A stretch of 64,000 nt of DNA from Cyanophyceae cyanobacterium (GCA_038321985.1 JBBQFN010000012.1:32001-96000); one strand, 5' to 3'; numbered from the stretch's first letter, positions 1-11,185 are shown. The notes: a model not told the origin generated them from the letters alone. Numbers and translations are program-made.

Positions 1-968
1 TTGATGGCAATGGTAAACTCCCGTGGAAAGTAGAATGGGTTGCCAAATGGCAACTTGTGGGTGTTACCATCGAACTGGCAGGAAAAGACCATTCCCAAAA
101 AGGGGGTTCTCGGGATGTTGCCAACGCCATTTGCCGAAAAGTCTTACAGAAACAACCGCCATTCCACTCACCCTACGAGTTTATTTTAGTGAATGGAACG
201 AAAATGAGTTCTTCTAAAGGTGTCGGTTCGGCAGCGAAAGAAATCGCAGAATTATTACCCCCTGAACTGCTACGCTTTTTAATGTTGCGAACCCAACCGA
301 AATCGGTGATTAATTTCGCACCCAATTATGAAACCACCACCCGATTGTTTCGGGATTACGACACCTTAATCGAAAAATATCAAGGCGATCGCCTGGAAAG
401 TGGCGAAGACCCCAAACAGGACAAAGAATTACAACCCCTGTTTTATTCCCAGTTAACCGATGAAGTCAAAACCTATCAACCCTTTGATTTCAGTACCTTA
501 ATTTCTCTGCTGCAAGTGCCTCACTTGGATATTAAAGCAGAAATCCAAAAACGCTGCGAACAACCCTTAAACGAGGCAGATTGGGAGGTTCTTCATCAAC
601 GAATTGAGTCAGCCCAGAAGTGGTTGGATGATTACGCTGACGAAGAAGAAAAGCTGGTGCTTTATTTTGACCAAATCCCCGAACAAGCGCAAGAATTGAC
701 TGAGGAACAGGTGACTTATTTGGGGGAATTAGCTAAGAATTTAGAAGCTGCCGAGAGTTGGGATGGGGAAACCTTACAAACGATTATCTTTACGACCAGT
801 AAAGGGTTAGAGATGAAACCGGGGAATGCTTTTCCGGCTATTTATTTGGCATTCATGGGTAAATCACGGGGTCCGAAAGCCGGGAATTTACTCTCGTATT
901 TAGATAAATCGTTTGTGTTGGAAAGACTTCGCGGTGCAGTTGCCCTTAAACAAGGCGCTGCGGTGTAG
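1..968 (+). CDS. lysS: Lysine--tRNA ligase, class I (5'-truncated by the window edge)
   Basis: Frame is open from position 3: DGNGKLPWKVEW..ELAGKDH, class I KMSSSKG motif, C-terminal GKSRGPKAG anticodon-binding domain. Confidence 0.9.
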   Translation, partial: DGNGKLPWKVEWVAKWQLVGVTIELAGKDHSQKGGSRDVANAICRKVLQKQPPFHSPYEFILVNGTKMSSSKGVGSAAKEIAELLPPELLRFLMLRTQPKSVINFAPNYETTTRLFRDYDTLIEKYQGDRLESGEDPKQDKELQPLFYSQLTDEVKTYQPFDFSTLISLLQVPHLDIKAEIQKRCEQPLNEADWEVLHQRIESAQKWLDDYADEEEKLVLYFDQIPEQAQELTEEQVTYLGELAKNLEAAESWDGETLQTIIFTTSKGLEMKPGNAFPAIYLAFMGKSRGPKAGNLLSYLDKSFVLERLRGAVALKQGAAV

Positions 969-990
969 TCGAATATTCTAAGAGTTCGTA

Positions 991-1221
991 TTCGTAGTAA
1001 CGACTTGCTGTCGTTTCCCCCTTTCGTAGTAACGACTTGCTGTCGTTTCCGGGTTCCATGTCACCGATTTTTGAATAAATTGTGACAACTACCAGGTTTC
1101 AAAACCCCTGGTGTTATAGCAACTTGTCCAAAATGTTCCTATTACGAACATCAGAAAGAGAACGACTGAAGTCGTTACTACGAACTCAGAGAAAAAACGA
1201 CTGAAATCGTTACTACGAACT
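991..1221. repeat. REP-like cluster: two forward and two inverted copies of TTCGTAGTAACGACT-n-AGTCGTT
   Basis: Copies at 991-1016 and 1023-1048 (+), 1161-1186 and 1196-1221 (-), between convergent genes. Confidence 0.85.
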
Positions 1222-1230
1222 TATGAGAAT

Positions 1231-2187
1231 TTATGAGTCTTGTAATGCTTTGAGTACCGTGTCGTGAATGGTCCCATTGCTAACTACAATGCCTTGATTG
1301 TTGATCATTTTTTTACCTTGACCAAAGGGTAAAGAATTGCCATGCATATCAGTAACGCGCCCTCCGGCTTCTTCGACGACGATCGCCCCGGCTGCATGGT
1401 CCCAGATATTCTCGCGATAGTCTGGGGTTTTGGGTGAGGGTAAGCGCATATATAATGCTGCTTGTCCCGATGCCACAATTCCATATTTAGCTTGGGAGTC
1501 CATCCGCACCGATTCGGCAGTGAATCCGACGGCTTTGGCTACGGAATTTTGTCTCGATTGGTCGCCGTGACTGGCTTCTACACTTTCTACAAACCGCATA
1601 TTTTCGACATCATCAGCGGCAACGACTCGCAGCGATCGCCAGGTTCCTCCAGAGATGGGCATCATGGTAGCCCCTTCTCCCCGGACGGCTACAAATAAGG
1701 CCCCCTCTTCTCCCGTCTCTAAAGAAAGGGCGGGACAAGCCATGACTCCAACTTTCACCTCGTTATCTTCAATTAAGGCGATCGCCACCGCATATTGATC
1801 CTGTCTCAAAAATCCTTTGGTCCCATCAATGGGGTCTAGGGTCCAAAATCTGTGCCCCACCTCGCCATTACCGCGATCAATCCAATCAGCAACCTGTTCA
1901 GGGGTGGCATCCGGGACTAGGGACCGCACATGATTCGTGACTTTGGTCAGTTGTTCGCTATTGGTCCGTAGGTCCGCTGCATCTTCTTCTCCGACTACCG
2001 AATCCTCGGGAAATGCCTCCCATAAGGCTTTGCAAATCAACGCCTGAGACCCGTAATCTGCCACGGTTACCGGGCTTTTATCGATTTTTTCCATTGCCAC
2101 GGGAATCTCCCGACGCACGTCCTGGCAGAGTTTGGCCGCGGCGATCGCCGCCTCGATGGCAACTTGTTTTTCCCGTTCGTATGACAT
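1231..2187 (-). CDS. 3'(2'),5'-bisphosphate nucleotidase, HAL2/SAL1-like (inositol monophosphatase family)
   Basis: SPVTVADY, GEED, LDPIDGTKGF and IWDHAAG motifs; start placed at MSYERE. Confidence 0.9.
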   Translation of the reverse strand: MSYEREKQVAIEAAIAAAKLCQDVRREIPVAMEKIDKSPVTVADYGSQALICKALWEAFPEDSVVGEEDAADLRTNSEQLTKVTNHVRSLVPDATPEQVADWIDRGNGEVGHRFWTLDPIDGTKGFLRQDQYAVAIALIEDNEVKVGVMACPALSLETGEEGALFVAVRGEGATMMPISGGTWRSLRVVAADDVENMRFVESVEASHGDQSRQNSVAKAVGFTAESVRMDSQAKYGIVASGQAALYMRLPSPKTPDYRENIWDHAAGAIVVEEAGGRVTDMHGNSLPFGQGKKMINNQGIVVSNGTIHDTVLKALQDS

Positions 2188-2269
2188 CCTAAACCTCTTC
2201 AAACAAATAAAGACGCGACGTCGCGTCTCTCAAAACTTTAGACCCTTGCTAGTCCAGCGTCTAGTCAGA

Positions 2270-3985
2270 TTAAACGATAAAGAGCAAAACGATTCCACCG
2301 ATGATCATCCCGCCACTCATCAAAAAGGACCAGAAGCGATGATAACTATTCACCTGGGTCTCATTCTGGGTTTCTAACTGGATCAAATCCATCCAGGGGG
2401 CCACTCCCCGTCGAAACCACCCCAAGGTATGAACCTGCATTCCGATCAGGCTTTTCACCTTCTTCATGCCAAACAGGAAATTCCCAATCGGACCAAACCG
2501 AGAGGCATAGCGCAGAAATAGCAATCCACTGGGGTCTTGTAGTTTCAAATCTGACCCGAAGCTATATCCGGCATCTCCCCGTCCAATCAGTTGGCCTTTG
2601 AGTTTAGCCGGTTTACCCCGCAATGGACTGGCGTAGGGGTCCGCCATTAAGGTGAGAATATCGGTTTCTGGGGCGCGATCAAAGTTGGGGAACATGACAA
2701 AGGTTTTCAGCAAAAGGCCGATTCCCAAGCCCAGTAATGGATAGGCGAGATACGCAAAGTTTCCTCCGGGTAGGGGTAAGGCAAACCAGGCGATCGCCCC
2801 GGCAAATAACCCAATCATTGGGGCAGTATAGAGGAATAAATCCCCGACAAAACTGCCGTATAATTTACTCTTACTCAGCGTCCGGCCTTCTCCCATAATC
2901 CGCCCCATGTCGAACTCGATGTCTAATCCCAACTGTTCGGCATAGGTACTTAAGGCGCGAACCCGCTTGCCAGTTAAAGGGTGAGTCGAGTTCAACTCCA
3001 TCCACCATCCCCAGGGATTAAACATATCCCAGAGAAAGACTCGCCCAATTTGGTCCGGTTTGCTGGAAATCCGATAGGTGGTACCTGTGGAGGTGGCGGC
3101 TTTATGGTCGTAGATGCCTAATGCCCGAGTTCCTTCCACTAACCGGCTGGGTTCTGTGGCTTTTTGCCCTTCCTCGACTAAGCCATAAGCAATTTTAACC
3201 AATGCCCGAGAGAGGGCGTTGGGGTTGCCGGTGGTTTCTGCTGCAAAGCGATCGGCATAATATTCCCGAGTTCGGGAGAGGTACAGCAGCAAATAGGTTC
3301 CTACTATGTAAAAAATGTAGGCAACCATCGCCACTTGACCGGCGATATCCTTGGCTTTTTCCCCCCCACGTCCCATCCGACGGGCAAACACATAAATCAA
3401 ATAGGTAATCTGCACTAAAGTCGAGGCGACTGTCATTACCGCAAAGTCCCAATGGACGATGTGACCCAATTCATGGGCGTACACTGTGGCCGCTTCATCA
3501 TCATCAAGATAGGTAAAGAGTCCCTCGCTGACGACTAAACGGGCGCTATTGGGGAGAGATCCATAGGTAAAGGCGGTGGGGTTTTGGTCGGCGATAATGC
3601 CTAAACGCGGTTGTTTCAGCTTGTTATCGGCACATATACGCCGGATAATTTCTGCCGACTCGGGACTCTTGCGATCGAGTTCCGTGAGGTCGATCCAGCG
3701 GGTCTTATATAGCCACTGCTGAGTTAAATCCATAATCCAAGGGGATAGGAAAAAGGCAGCGATATTAAAGACGAGGGTACCGACAATTGAGATCACTAAG
3801 CCCATCCCTGGATTCTCGCTATTGAGAATCAGGGAAACACCTAAACACAACACAAAAACCATCCCAAACATTAGGGTCATGGTCACCACTGAAGCCCAGG
3901 CGAGATTGCCTCCGACTCCAGTCATCATCAGCTTAACGCCCGTAGTACCGCTACGTCCCGCTTTCGGGAATGAGGATTCAGCCAT
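2270..3985 (-). CDS. M48/HtpX-family membrane zinc metalloprotease
   Basis: HELGH zinc motif, SRTREYYAD, STHP, several TM helices; start placed at MAESS. Confidence 0.9.
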   Translation of the reverse strand: MAESSFPKAGRSGTTGVKLMMTGVGGNLAWASVVTMTLMFGMVFVLCLGVSLILNSENPGMGLVISIVGTLVFNIAAFFLSPWIMDLTQQWLYKTRWIDLTELDRKSPESAEIIRRICADNKLKQPRLGIIADQNPTAFTYGSLPNSARLVVSEGLFTYLDDDEAATVYAHELGHIVHWDFAVMTVASTLVQITYLIYVFARRMGRGGEKAKDIAGQVAMVAYIFYIVGTYLLLYLSRTREYYADRFAAETTGNPNALSRALVKIAYGLVEEGQKATEPSRLVEGTRALGIYDHKAATSTGTTYRISSKPDQIGRVFLWDMFNPWGWWMELNSTHPLTGKRVRALSTYAEQLGLDIEFDMGRIMGEGRTLSKSKLYGSFVGDLFLYTAPMIGLFAGAIAWFALPLPGGNFAYLAYPLLGLGIGLLLKTFVMFPNFDRAPETDILTLMADPYASPLRGKPAKLKGQLIGRGDAGYSFGSDLKLQDPSGLLFLRYASRFGPIGNFLFGMKKVKSLIGMQVHTLGWFRRGVAPWMDLIQLETQNETQVNSYHRFWSFLMSGGMIIGGIVLLFIV

Positions 3986-4353
3986 AAACACTCTCCATGT
4001 CACGATTACACAATGAACAGATTCAAAACACCCAAAGCTCAGTGATTTTGTCAAGCCTCTGGGGAAAGTTCTTTATGCTTTCTGTCATAACCTATGGTTG
4101 GGGGTTTTTGGCCTAAAACTCTACAAAAGTTAAAGAATTGGCTATAGCATGAAACAAGTTAAGACCGTTGGTTAAAGTAAAAGTCTCATCACCGTTGGGT
4201 TAAATCGGGTCTGGATAATGGGATCAGGCGTGAGGTATCCGAGGTTAATCATCCCCTCTTTTGGAAGTGCCGATCGCCCTGCCAGATTCTTTTCTCTAGG
4301 GTGGGTATGAAAAACTGGAGTCTTAACGGGAAAATCTAGGGGATAAAATTACG

Positions 4354-5685
4354 ATGACATCGATGCAAATTGGTTCGGCAAATTTAGTCACGATCGCTCA
4401 ATCTACAGCGATCGCAGCCCAGAAATTAGGGGTACTTTCAACGGAGGCCAAAAATCAGGCAATTGAGGCCGTTGCCCAATCTTTAGAAGCAGCTGCTTCG
4501 TCTATTGTCCAGGCCAACGCGGAAGATTGTGAAATCGCCCAAGGGGAAGGCATTTCTAAACCCCTTTACAACCGCTTGAAAATGGACCTGACCAAACTGG
4601 AGGCGACAATCGCCGGAGTCCGAGATGTAGGCAAACTCCCGGATCCAGTTGGGGATATCCAAATTCATCGGGAACTGGATCAAGGTTTAGTTCTCAAGCG
4701 ACTTTCTGCACCTTTAGGGGTAGTTGCTGTTATTTTTGAGGCTCGTCCCGAGGCAGCGATTCAAATTTCGGCTTTGGCAATTAAGTCAGGAAATGGCGTC
4801 ATTTTGAAAGGGGGAAAAGAAGCGAGCAATTCTTGTGGAGCAATTGTTAAAGCAATTCGGCAAGGGTTAGCACAAACCGAAGTTGATCCCGATGTGGTGC
4901 AATTGTTAACCACGAGAGAGGAAACTTTAGAGTTATTAAAGTTAGATGATTTTGTGGATTTAATTGTACCCAGAGGGTCGAATGAGTTCGTGCGCTTTGT
5001 GCAGGATAACACTCGCATTCCGGTACTGGGTCATGCGGAAGGAATTTGCCACCTGTATGTGGATGCGGGGGCCGATCTGGAGAAGGCGGTGGCGATCGCA
5101 GTGGATGCTAAAGCTCAATATCCTGCTGCTTGCAATGCGATCGAAACTTTGCTAGTCCATGAGGCAATCGCCCCAGAATTTTTGCCCCAAGTTGCCGCTT
5201 CACTGCAAGGGCGTCAGGTGCAATTGCGCCTCGATGAAAAAAGTCAGGATATCTTAAAAAATACCCCCAATCTAAAGGATTGGGAACCGGCAACCGAGGA
5301 AGACTGGAAAACTGAATACACCGACTTGATTCTCTCGATTAAAGTGGTCCATTTCCTAGAAGAGGCGATCGCGCATATTAATACTTACGGATCCGGACAT
5401 ACGGATGCGATCGTCACCGAAGAACAATCCGCCGCGGATATCTTCCTCTCCCAAGTTGCCTCTGCCGGAGTCTTCCATAATTGTTCCACCCGATTTGCCG
5501 ATGGGTTCCGCTACGGTTTCGGTGCCGAAGTTGGAATTAGTACCCAAAAAATGCCGCCCAGAGGCCCTGTTGGACTCGAAGGGTTAGTCACTTACAAATA
5601 TCAATTAGTGGGGAATGGTCAAGTCGTGGCAACCTATTCCGGCCCTGAAGCTAAACCTTTCACCCATCGCAATTTATCTGAATGA
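4354..5685 (+). CDS. proA: Glutamate-5-semialdehyde dehydrogenase
   Basis: [43 protein letters not shown]. Confidence 0.97.
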   Translation: MTSMQIGSANLVTIAQSTAIAAQKLGVLSTEAKNQAIEAVAQSLEAAASSIVQANAEDCEIAQGEGISKPLYNRLKMDLTKLEATIAGVRDVGKLPDPVGDIQIHRELDQGLVLKRLSAPLGVVAVIFEARPEAAIQISALAIKSGNGVILKGGKEASNSCGAIVKAIRQGLAQTEVDPDVVQLLTTREETLELLKLDDFVDLIVPRGSNEFVRFVQDNTRIPVLGHAEGICHLYVDAGADLEKAVAIAVDAKAQYPAACNAIETLLVHEAIAPEFLPQVAASLQGRQVQLRLDEKSQDILKNTPNLKDWEPATEEDWKTEYTDLILSIKVVHFLEEAIAHINTYGSGHTDAIVTEEQSAADIFLSQVASAGVFHNCSTRFADGFRYGFGAEVGISTQKMPPRGPVGLEGLVTYKYQLVGNGQVVATYSGPEAKPFTHRNLSE

Positions 5686-5829
5686 AGGTGAGGAAACCGT
5701 CTGGGGTAGAATTGCCCAGTCAGTCTAATAATTTTCCGCCGGTTTTGAGGAACTATTCCCTGAACCGGCTTTCCTTTTTTTGGCGATTTTTGACCCTTTC
5801 ATCCCATTCATCCCCTGGAGGGAATGCGC

Positions 5830-6285
5830 TCATTTTTTGGCCTGCGTTGGGGCATTGTTTTTGTTAATATACTGATAGGTTAAATCATCAACGGTCCAAA
5901 CTTTATTTTGTTTAACCAGCTTCATTTGCACCGGAACTTCTCGACCATTTTTAGAAATAACGGTGACATCAAGACAGTGAACATTATCCTCGGTGGTGGG
6001 AATTGACATGGTAGTGCGCTGATACTGATTCAGTTTGTGGGTTTTGATGAACTTAGCAAATTGTTGTTTAGAGGTTTTCGCTTTAAAGCGATCGGTGGTG
6101 GACTGATACGCCCCAGTGACATCCCCTTGGGCAATTTGGGCAAAAAAAGCACTGATCGCCTGGGGTAACCCTTTCGTTTTGGAAAAAATAATCAGGGAAA
6201 CACTAATCCAAATCAGGACGATTCCCCCGACGATTACACCCAATCCAATTCCGGCATACGATAACCAAGGTTGCAACGATTCCAC
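5830..6285 (-). CDS. Membrane-anchored hypothetical protein (NTF2-like/DUF4864-like)
   Basis: N-terminal TM helix, AFF..I..GD...AY pattern, C-terminal W.VD. Confidence 0.6.
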   Translation of the reverse strand: MESLQPWLSYAGIGLGVIVGGIVLIWISVSLIIFSKTKGLPQAISAFFAQIAQGDVTGAYQSTTDRFKAKTSKQQFAKFIKTHKLNQYQRTTMSIPTTEDNVHCLDVTVISKNGREVPVQMKLVKQNKVWTVDDLTYQYINKNNAPTQAKK

Positions 6286-6646
6286 AGCGCTCTCCTAAAA
6301 GGACCGATAAAATGACAAAACAAATAATTTTGTCAAGGTTTTGAGGGATAACCTCTGTCTGGTCTTACCATAAAAAAGCCCCTAGAGCAAGGGTTCCAGC
6401 TTAAGGGTCGGGGGTCTGGGTGGATTGGGGAGACTGGGTGTAGCTGCAAAAATTACCCCCAACTTCAAAGTACCCAATCCAGAAATCTTCCGGATTTTTT
6501 GGGCGGAGTCAGTACAGTGGATATTAGGGCGAAGGAACAGAATAATCCGCAAAGGAAAAAGAGAATCGGCAACCCCACCGAGAGGGGGTAAAATCTCTTA
6601 ACCCTTTTACCCCTTATCCCCAATTCAAATATCAGGAGAAGTTACG

Positions 6647-7648
6647 ATGACCTATCGGATACTGAGCATCGATGGTGGCGGAATTCGTGGTGTATTAGCC
6701 GCCCGAATGTTACAACGGATAGAAGAACGACTTGAGTTGCCGTTAAGAGAGCATTTTGATTTAATTGCGGGTACTTCCACGGGATCGATGGTGGGTGCAG
6801 CGATCGCAATGGGGATTCCCTGCTCGGAAATTGTCCAAATGTATCGGAAAAAATCTAAAAAAGTCTTTCCCTACAAAAGCCGATGGACGCTAAAGCGACT
6901 ACCCTTAATCCTCAAGTATGGCCCTTCTTCTCCTAAGTTTTCAGAAGCGGGACTGGTCCGAATGCTCAAAGATTTATTGGGCAATAAACGCTTGTCCGAT
7001 ATTAAAGCCGTCAAGCTTTTAATTACTAGCTACGATACCATTGGCCGATCGCCAATCATTTTTAAAAGCTGGAAAGACAAATTTGCTAAGGTTCCTGTGT
7101 GGGAAGCCTGCCTCTGTTCTGCTTCTGCTCCCACCTTCTTTCCGGCACACCGATTACAGATAGAGGGTGAGATTCTCTCGGCCATTGATGGCGGTTTAGC
7201 AGCTAATAATCCAACCGCCTGTGCTGTAGCTGAAGCGATTCGCCTTGGTCATCGCCTAGAAGATTTGGAAGTGATCTCTATTGGTACAGGTGCGGCAACT
7301 CGTGTGATTCCCTGGGAACAAGCCCGGTCTTGGGGAACTCTCCAATGGATTTGGGGCGGTCGTGTGGTTAAAGTCATGACCGATGCACCTTGTGAAGTTT
7401 ATCATTACATCACGGATTATGTGATTGGGGATAAATCTCGCTACGCCCGTTTGCAATTTCCCCTCGATCGCCGGTTAATTCATAAGCCCTTGAGCGATGA
7501 TATGGACGATGCCAGCGATCAGAATATCAACAATTTAATTGAAGCGGCTGATGCTTACATGAATTTGGTTGAAGTTGTGGAATGTTTGGATGTGTGTTTG
7601 AGGAAAGTGACGCCTCAAATTCAGATTAAGGAACCAAATAGACGGTAA
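6647..7648 (+). CDS. Patatin-like phospholipase
   Basis: DGGGIRG, GTSTG, SAPTFF and DGG motifs; AGGAG RBS. Confidence 0.93.
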   Translation: MTYRILSIDGGGIRGVLAARMLQRIEERLELPLREHFDLIAGTSTGSMVGAAIAMGIPCSEIVQMYRKKSKKVFPYKSRWTLKRLPLILKYGPSSPKFSEAGLVRMLKDLLGNKRLSDIKAVKLLITSYDTIGRSPIIFKSWKDKFAKVPVWEACLCSASAPTFFPAHRLQIEGEILSAIDGGLAANNPTACAVAEAIRLGHRLEDLEVISIGTGAATRVIPWEQARSWGTLQWIWGGRVVKVMTDAPCEVYHYITDYVIGDKSRYARLQFPLDRRLIHKPLSDDMDDASDQNINNLIEAADAYMNLVEVVECLDVCLRKVTPQIQIKEPNRR

Positions 7649-8015
7649 TTTTCATCGGGATTCAGCTTAGCAAGACTTGGGAATTACCCTTAGAGAGGGG
7701 AGGGGCAATTTATGAATTCTCCCTCCCAGGGAAATCCCCGAAAGGGTGGAAGTTCTGATTCTAAATCCTGGCGATCGCCGTTAACTTGGGCTAATTCAGC
7801 CATCCAATACCGACCCATCGTACCTCCCTTTCCAGGGAAAAATTAGCTATAAAAAAACTCCTGACCTTTTCATCTTTGGTCAAGGAGAAATGGAGCGGGA
7901 GGAGTTTCGATACTCGCACCCTTATAGGAGGGTGAACTCAGCGATCGCCGGACCATTATAAAGCGGGAACCTTTGAGATCCAAAACCCCCACTCAACGAT
8001 TTAGGAATCGGCCCT

Positions 8016-8843
8016 TTAACCGAAGCGTCCGCTCACATACTCCTGAGTTGATTCTTGCTTGGGATTTTGAAAAATATTTTCTGTTTTGTCAAACTCAACG
8101 AGATATCCAAATCGCTTCCCGTCTTCTGTCGCGTCTGCGTTAAAAAAGGCGGTATAATCGCAAGAGCGCGAGGCTTGCTGCATATTGTGGGTAACGATGA
8201 CAATGGTGTAGTTTTCCTTGAGTTCCTGCATTAACTCTTCGACTTTCATGGTGGAGATGGGGTCGAGGGAGGCGCAGGGTTCGTCCATGAGTACAATTTC
8301 TGGATTAATGGAGATCGCCCGTGCAATGCACAACCGTTGTTGCTGACCGCCAGATAAAGATAAACCATTCGACTTTAACTTGTCTTTGACTTCATCCCAT
8401 AACGCCGCGCGGCGCAACGAGGTTTCTACTAATTCATCTAAGTTCCCTTTATAGCCATTGACTCGCGCACCATAGGCGATATTGTCGTAAATAGATTTTG
8501 GGAAAGGATTGGGTTTTTGAAATACCATCCCGATCCGTCGTCGGACCTCTACGGGGTCGATTTTTTTATCATAGAGGTCTTGGTTGTAGTAGGAACATTT
8601 TCCCTGAATCCGAAATCCATTAATCAAATCGTTGAGACGGTTGAAGCAACGGAGTAATGTACTTTTCCCGCATCCGGAAGGCCCAATAAACCCGGTAATT
8701 TGTTGTTTGGGAATATTTAGATTCACCCCTTTGAGGGCTAGAGTATTTCCGTAATAAGCGTTCAGATTTTCGGTTCGCAGAATGGCTTCTGTTTGGGGTT
8801 CAGTTTGGTAATGAGAATGGGCTGTGTGCTGATCGAAAGGCAT
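8016..8843 (-). CDS. pstB: Phosphate ABC transporter ATP-binding protein
   Basis: [38 protein letters not shown]; start placed at MPFDQ. Confidence 0.96.
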   Translation of the reverse strand: MPFDQHTAHSHYQTEPQTEAILRTENLNAYYGNTLALKGVNLNIPKQQITGFIGPSGCGKSTLLRCFNRLNDLINGFRIQGKCSYYNQDLYDKKIDPVEVRRRIGMVFQKPNPFPKSIYDNIAYGARVNGYKGNLDELVETSLRRAALWDEVKDKLKSNGLSLSGGQQQRLCIARAISINPEIVLMDEPCASLDPISTMKVEELMQELKENYTIVIVTHNMQQASRSCDYTAFFNADATEDGKRFGYLVEFDKTENIFQNPKQESTQEYVSGRFG

Positions 8844-9148
8844 AAATTCACCTTGATTTTTACTGGATATTTCAATTTCAAGGCAGCTGTGTTTCTCACT
8901 TTCATGGAATTGCTCGCCAACAGCCTGCTGACAAACTCCTAAAACCAAACCGCTCTCATCCCCTAACTAGAGTTACAGCAGATCGGAAGTGAAATTTTCA
9001 CAGGTCGTGGGTGCGATCGCACTCATCACAACTGCTTTGTTGATTGTTCTACACTGGAAAAAAATTAAACTTTGACAATCCTACCCTCAAGCAGAACGCT
9101 GTATTCTATCATACAGTTTTCTGAACTTTTAGCGTGAAAGCATTTTCC

Positions 9149-10054
9149 TTAATAAATGCTCCTACGAGTGGCCCAGCGAGCCAAAATACTGGTTATTAGA
9201 ACCAACAACACTAAAATTAATGAGGCAGCCCAGGCTAGTTCTTGTTGACTGGCGTAGGGAACTGCTGCAAAGTTATAAACCAAAACCGCTAGAGAAGGGG
9301 CCGGTTCAAACAAGCCTTGAGGCCAGAAGAAGGTAAACAGGGCCGTGAAAATTAAGGGAGCCGTTTCCCCGGCGGCCCGAGCGATCGCCAAGGTTAGCCC
9401 GGTGATAATCGCCGGTAATGCTGCGGGTAAGACTACCCGCAAGACGGTTTGATAGTCAGAGGCTCCCACTCCCACCGAGGCCCATCGTACCTCGGGGGGA
9501 ACGATTTGCAGGGCTTCATCTGTGGTTCTGACGACAATCGGTAACATTAAGACTGAAAGGGCAACCCCCCCGGCAAAAGCGGAGAACTGCTTCGTTGTTA
9601 ATACAATGATACCGTAGGCAAAAATTCCGACAATAATCGAGGGAACTCCACTCAGGACATTTGTGGCAAAGCGAATCCACCGGGCGACGTGATTGGAACT
9701 GAACTCGGACAAGTAAACTGCCCCGAAAACCCCAATTGGAACACTAATGGCAACAGCGATCCCCACCATAATCAGCGTACCGGCGATCGCATTGGCAATC
9801 CCGCCCCCTTGCATCCCAGCAGAAGGGGGAAGTTGCGTAAACAAGTCTAAATTCAGGCGGTTAAACCCTTTGATCGTCACATAAATAATCACCGCAAATA
9901 ACGGTATCAGGGTAATAACTAAACAGGCACCGGATAACAAGGTCATCACCCAGACAAACAGCGATCGCGGACTTTTATAGTTCCGCATTAGCTGCTGCCC
10001 ATCTACGTTCGAGTTGTTCCAATTGTCGGTATGGCTTAGAGAAGGTTGGGACAT
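9149..10054 (-). CDS. pstA: Phosphate ABC transporter permease
   Basis: GVPSIIVG and ARAAGETAPL motifs; operon position. Confidence 0.96.
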   Translation of the reverse strand: MSQPSLSHTDNWNNSNVDGQQLMRNYKSPRSLFVWVMTLLSGACLVITLIPLFAVIIYVTIKGFNRLNLDLFTQLPPSAGMQGGGIANAIAGTLIMVGIAVAISVPIGVFGAVYLSEFSSNHVARWIRFATNVLSGVPSIIVGIFAYGIIVLTTKQFSAFAGGVALSVLMLPIVVRTTDEALQIVPPEVRWASVGVGASDYQTVLRVVLPAALPAIITGLTLAIARAAGETAPLIFTALFTFFWPQGLFEPAPSLAVLVYNFAAVPYASQQELAWAASLILVLLVLITSILARWATRRSIY

Positions 10055-10228
10055 ATCAGGCTGGGTATTTCACCCTTAAAAAACAGCAGGGGTCATCAAC
10101 TGAGGGTCTCTCTCTATCTAGAGGGTATAGACAAAAAACCGGATTCCTATCCCTAATTGGTTATATATAAAATTAAAGATTCTGTAAAGAAATAAAGAAC
10201 CCCGGCTTCTAACCTCTATACCCATACC

Positions 10229-11185
10229 CTAAAATTTCTTGACTTGCCGAACGATTAACTCGGCACAAACATTGACCACTAAGGTGAGCAAGAATAAAAC
10301 CAACCCTGCATACATCAAAGCAGAAATTTGCAAGCCTGAAGCTTCGGCAAACTGATTCGCCAACAGCGAGGCGATCGTATTCGCTGGAGCCAACAGAGAG
10401 AATTTCAGGTCGTTAGAATTCCCAATAATCATGGTAACCGCCATCGTTTCTCCCATGGCGCGGCCCAATCCCAACATGATCCCGCCCACAATCCCAGAAA
10501 AAGCAGCCGGAATCAACACTCGAATAATGGTTTCCCAGCGCGTGGCCCCCAAACCCAGAGACGCTTGCCGCAAATCAGGTGGAAGGGACACCAACGAGTC
10601 CCGCGAGATTGCGGTAATAATCGGCAAAATCATAATCGTTAAAATGATCCCAGCCGGTAACATTCCCGGTCCTACTGGACTCGTAGAAAAAATGGGCAGA
10701 AATCCTACTGTCTTGTGCAGAAAAATTCCGATGGGTTGCAGCAGAGGAATCAGTACGAAAATCCCCCATAGCCCATATACCACGCTGGGAATGGCAGCTA
10801 GCAGTTCCACCATAAACACCAGAACTGTCTGGGCTGATTTAGGGAGAAAATCTTCACTCAAAAAGATCGCTGTCCCCACTCCCAGGGGAATCGCTAAAAG
10901 TAGGGCGATCGCCGAAGAAACGAGAGTCCCATAAATCATCGGCAGGACCCCATACTCATCCCGTACCGGATTCCAGGAACTCGACCCCAAAAAATTCAAT
11001 CCAAAGGCTCGGATCGCAGGAATGGCTTCGATCGCCACCTGGAGCGCCATCCAGACTAAAATACCGGCAATGGAAAACGCAAAAATACGCGTGAGCCAGA
11101 AAAAGCCCTTATCCATCACTCGCTCGGTTTGTAGGCGAGGCTGGATGGCTCTTTTCTGACCCAGATTTTCAGCTTCTCTAATCAT
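10229..11185 (-). CDS. pstC: Phosphate ABC transporter permease
   Basis: ELLAAIPSVVYGLWG and GRAMGETMAV motifs. Confidence 0.96.
   Translation of the reverse strand: MIREAENLGQKRAIQPRLQTERVMDKGFFWLTRIFAFSIAGILVWMALQVAIEAIPAIRAFGLNFLGSSSWNPVRDEYGVLPMIYGTLVSSAIALLLAIPLGVGTAIFLSEDFLPKSAQTVLVFMVELLAAIPSVVYGLWGIFVLIPLLQPIGIFLHKTVGFLPIFSTSPVGPGMLPAGIILTIMILPIITAISRDSLVSLPPDLRQASLGLGATRWETIIRVLIPAAFSGIVGGIMLGLGRAMGETMAVTMIIGNSNDLKFSLLAPANTIASLLANQFAEASGLQISALMYAGLVLFLLTLVVNVCAELIVRQVKKF

Noticed and set aside
991..1221. Mini-CRISPR or IS terminal inverted repeats
   Set aside because: Copies lie in both orientations with only about 6-9 bp between tandem copies; no transposase or clear target-site duplication
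6647..7648. CBASS CapV effector
   Set aside because: Patatin motifs are present but no CD-NTase or cap2/cap3 gene is adjacent; treated as a stand-alone patatin
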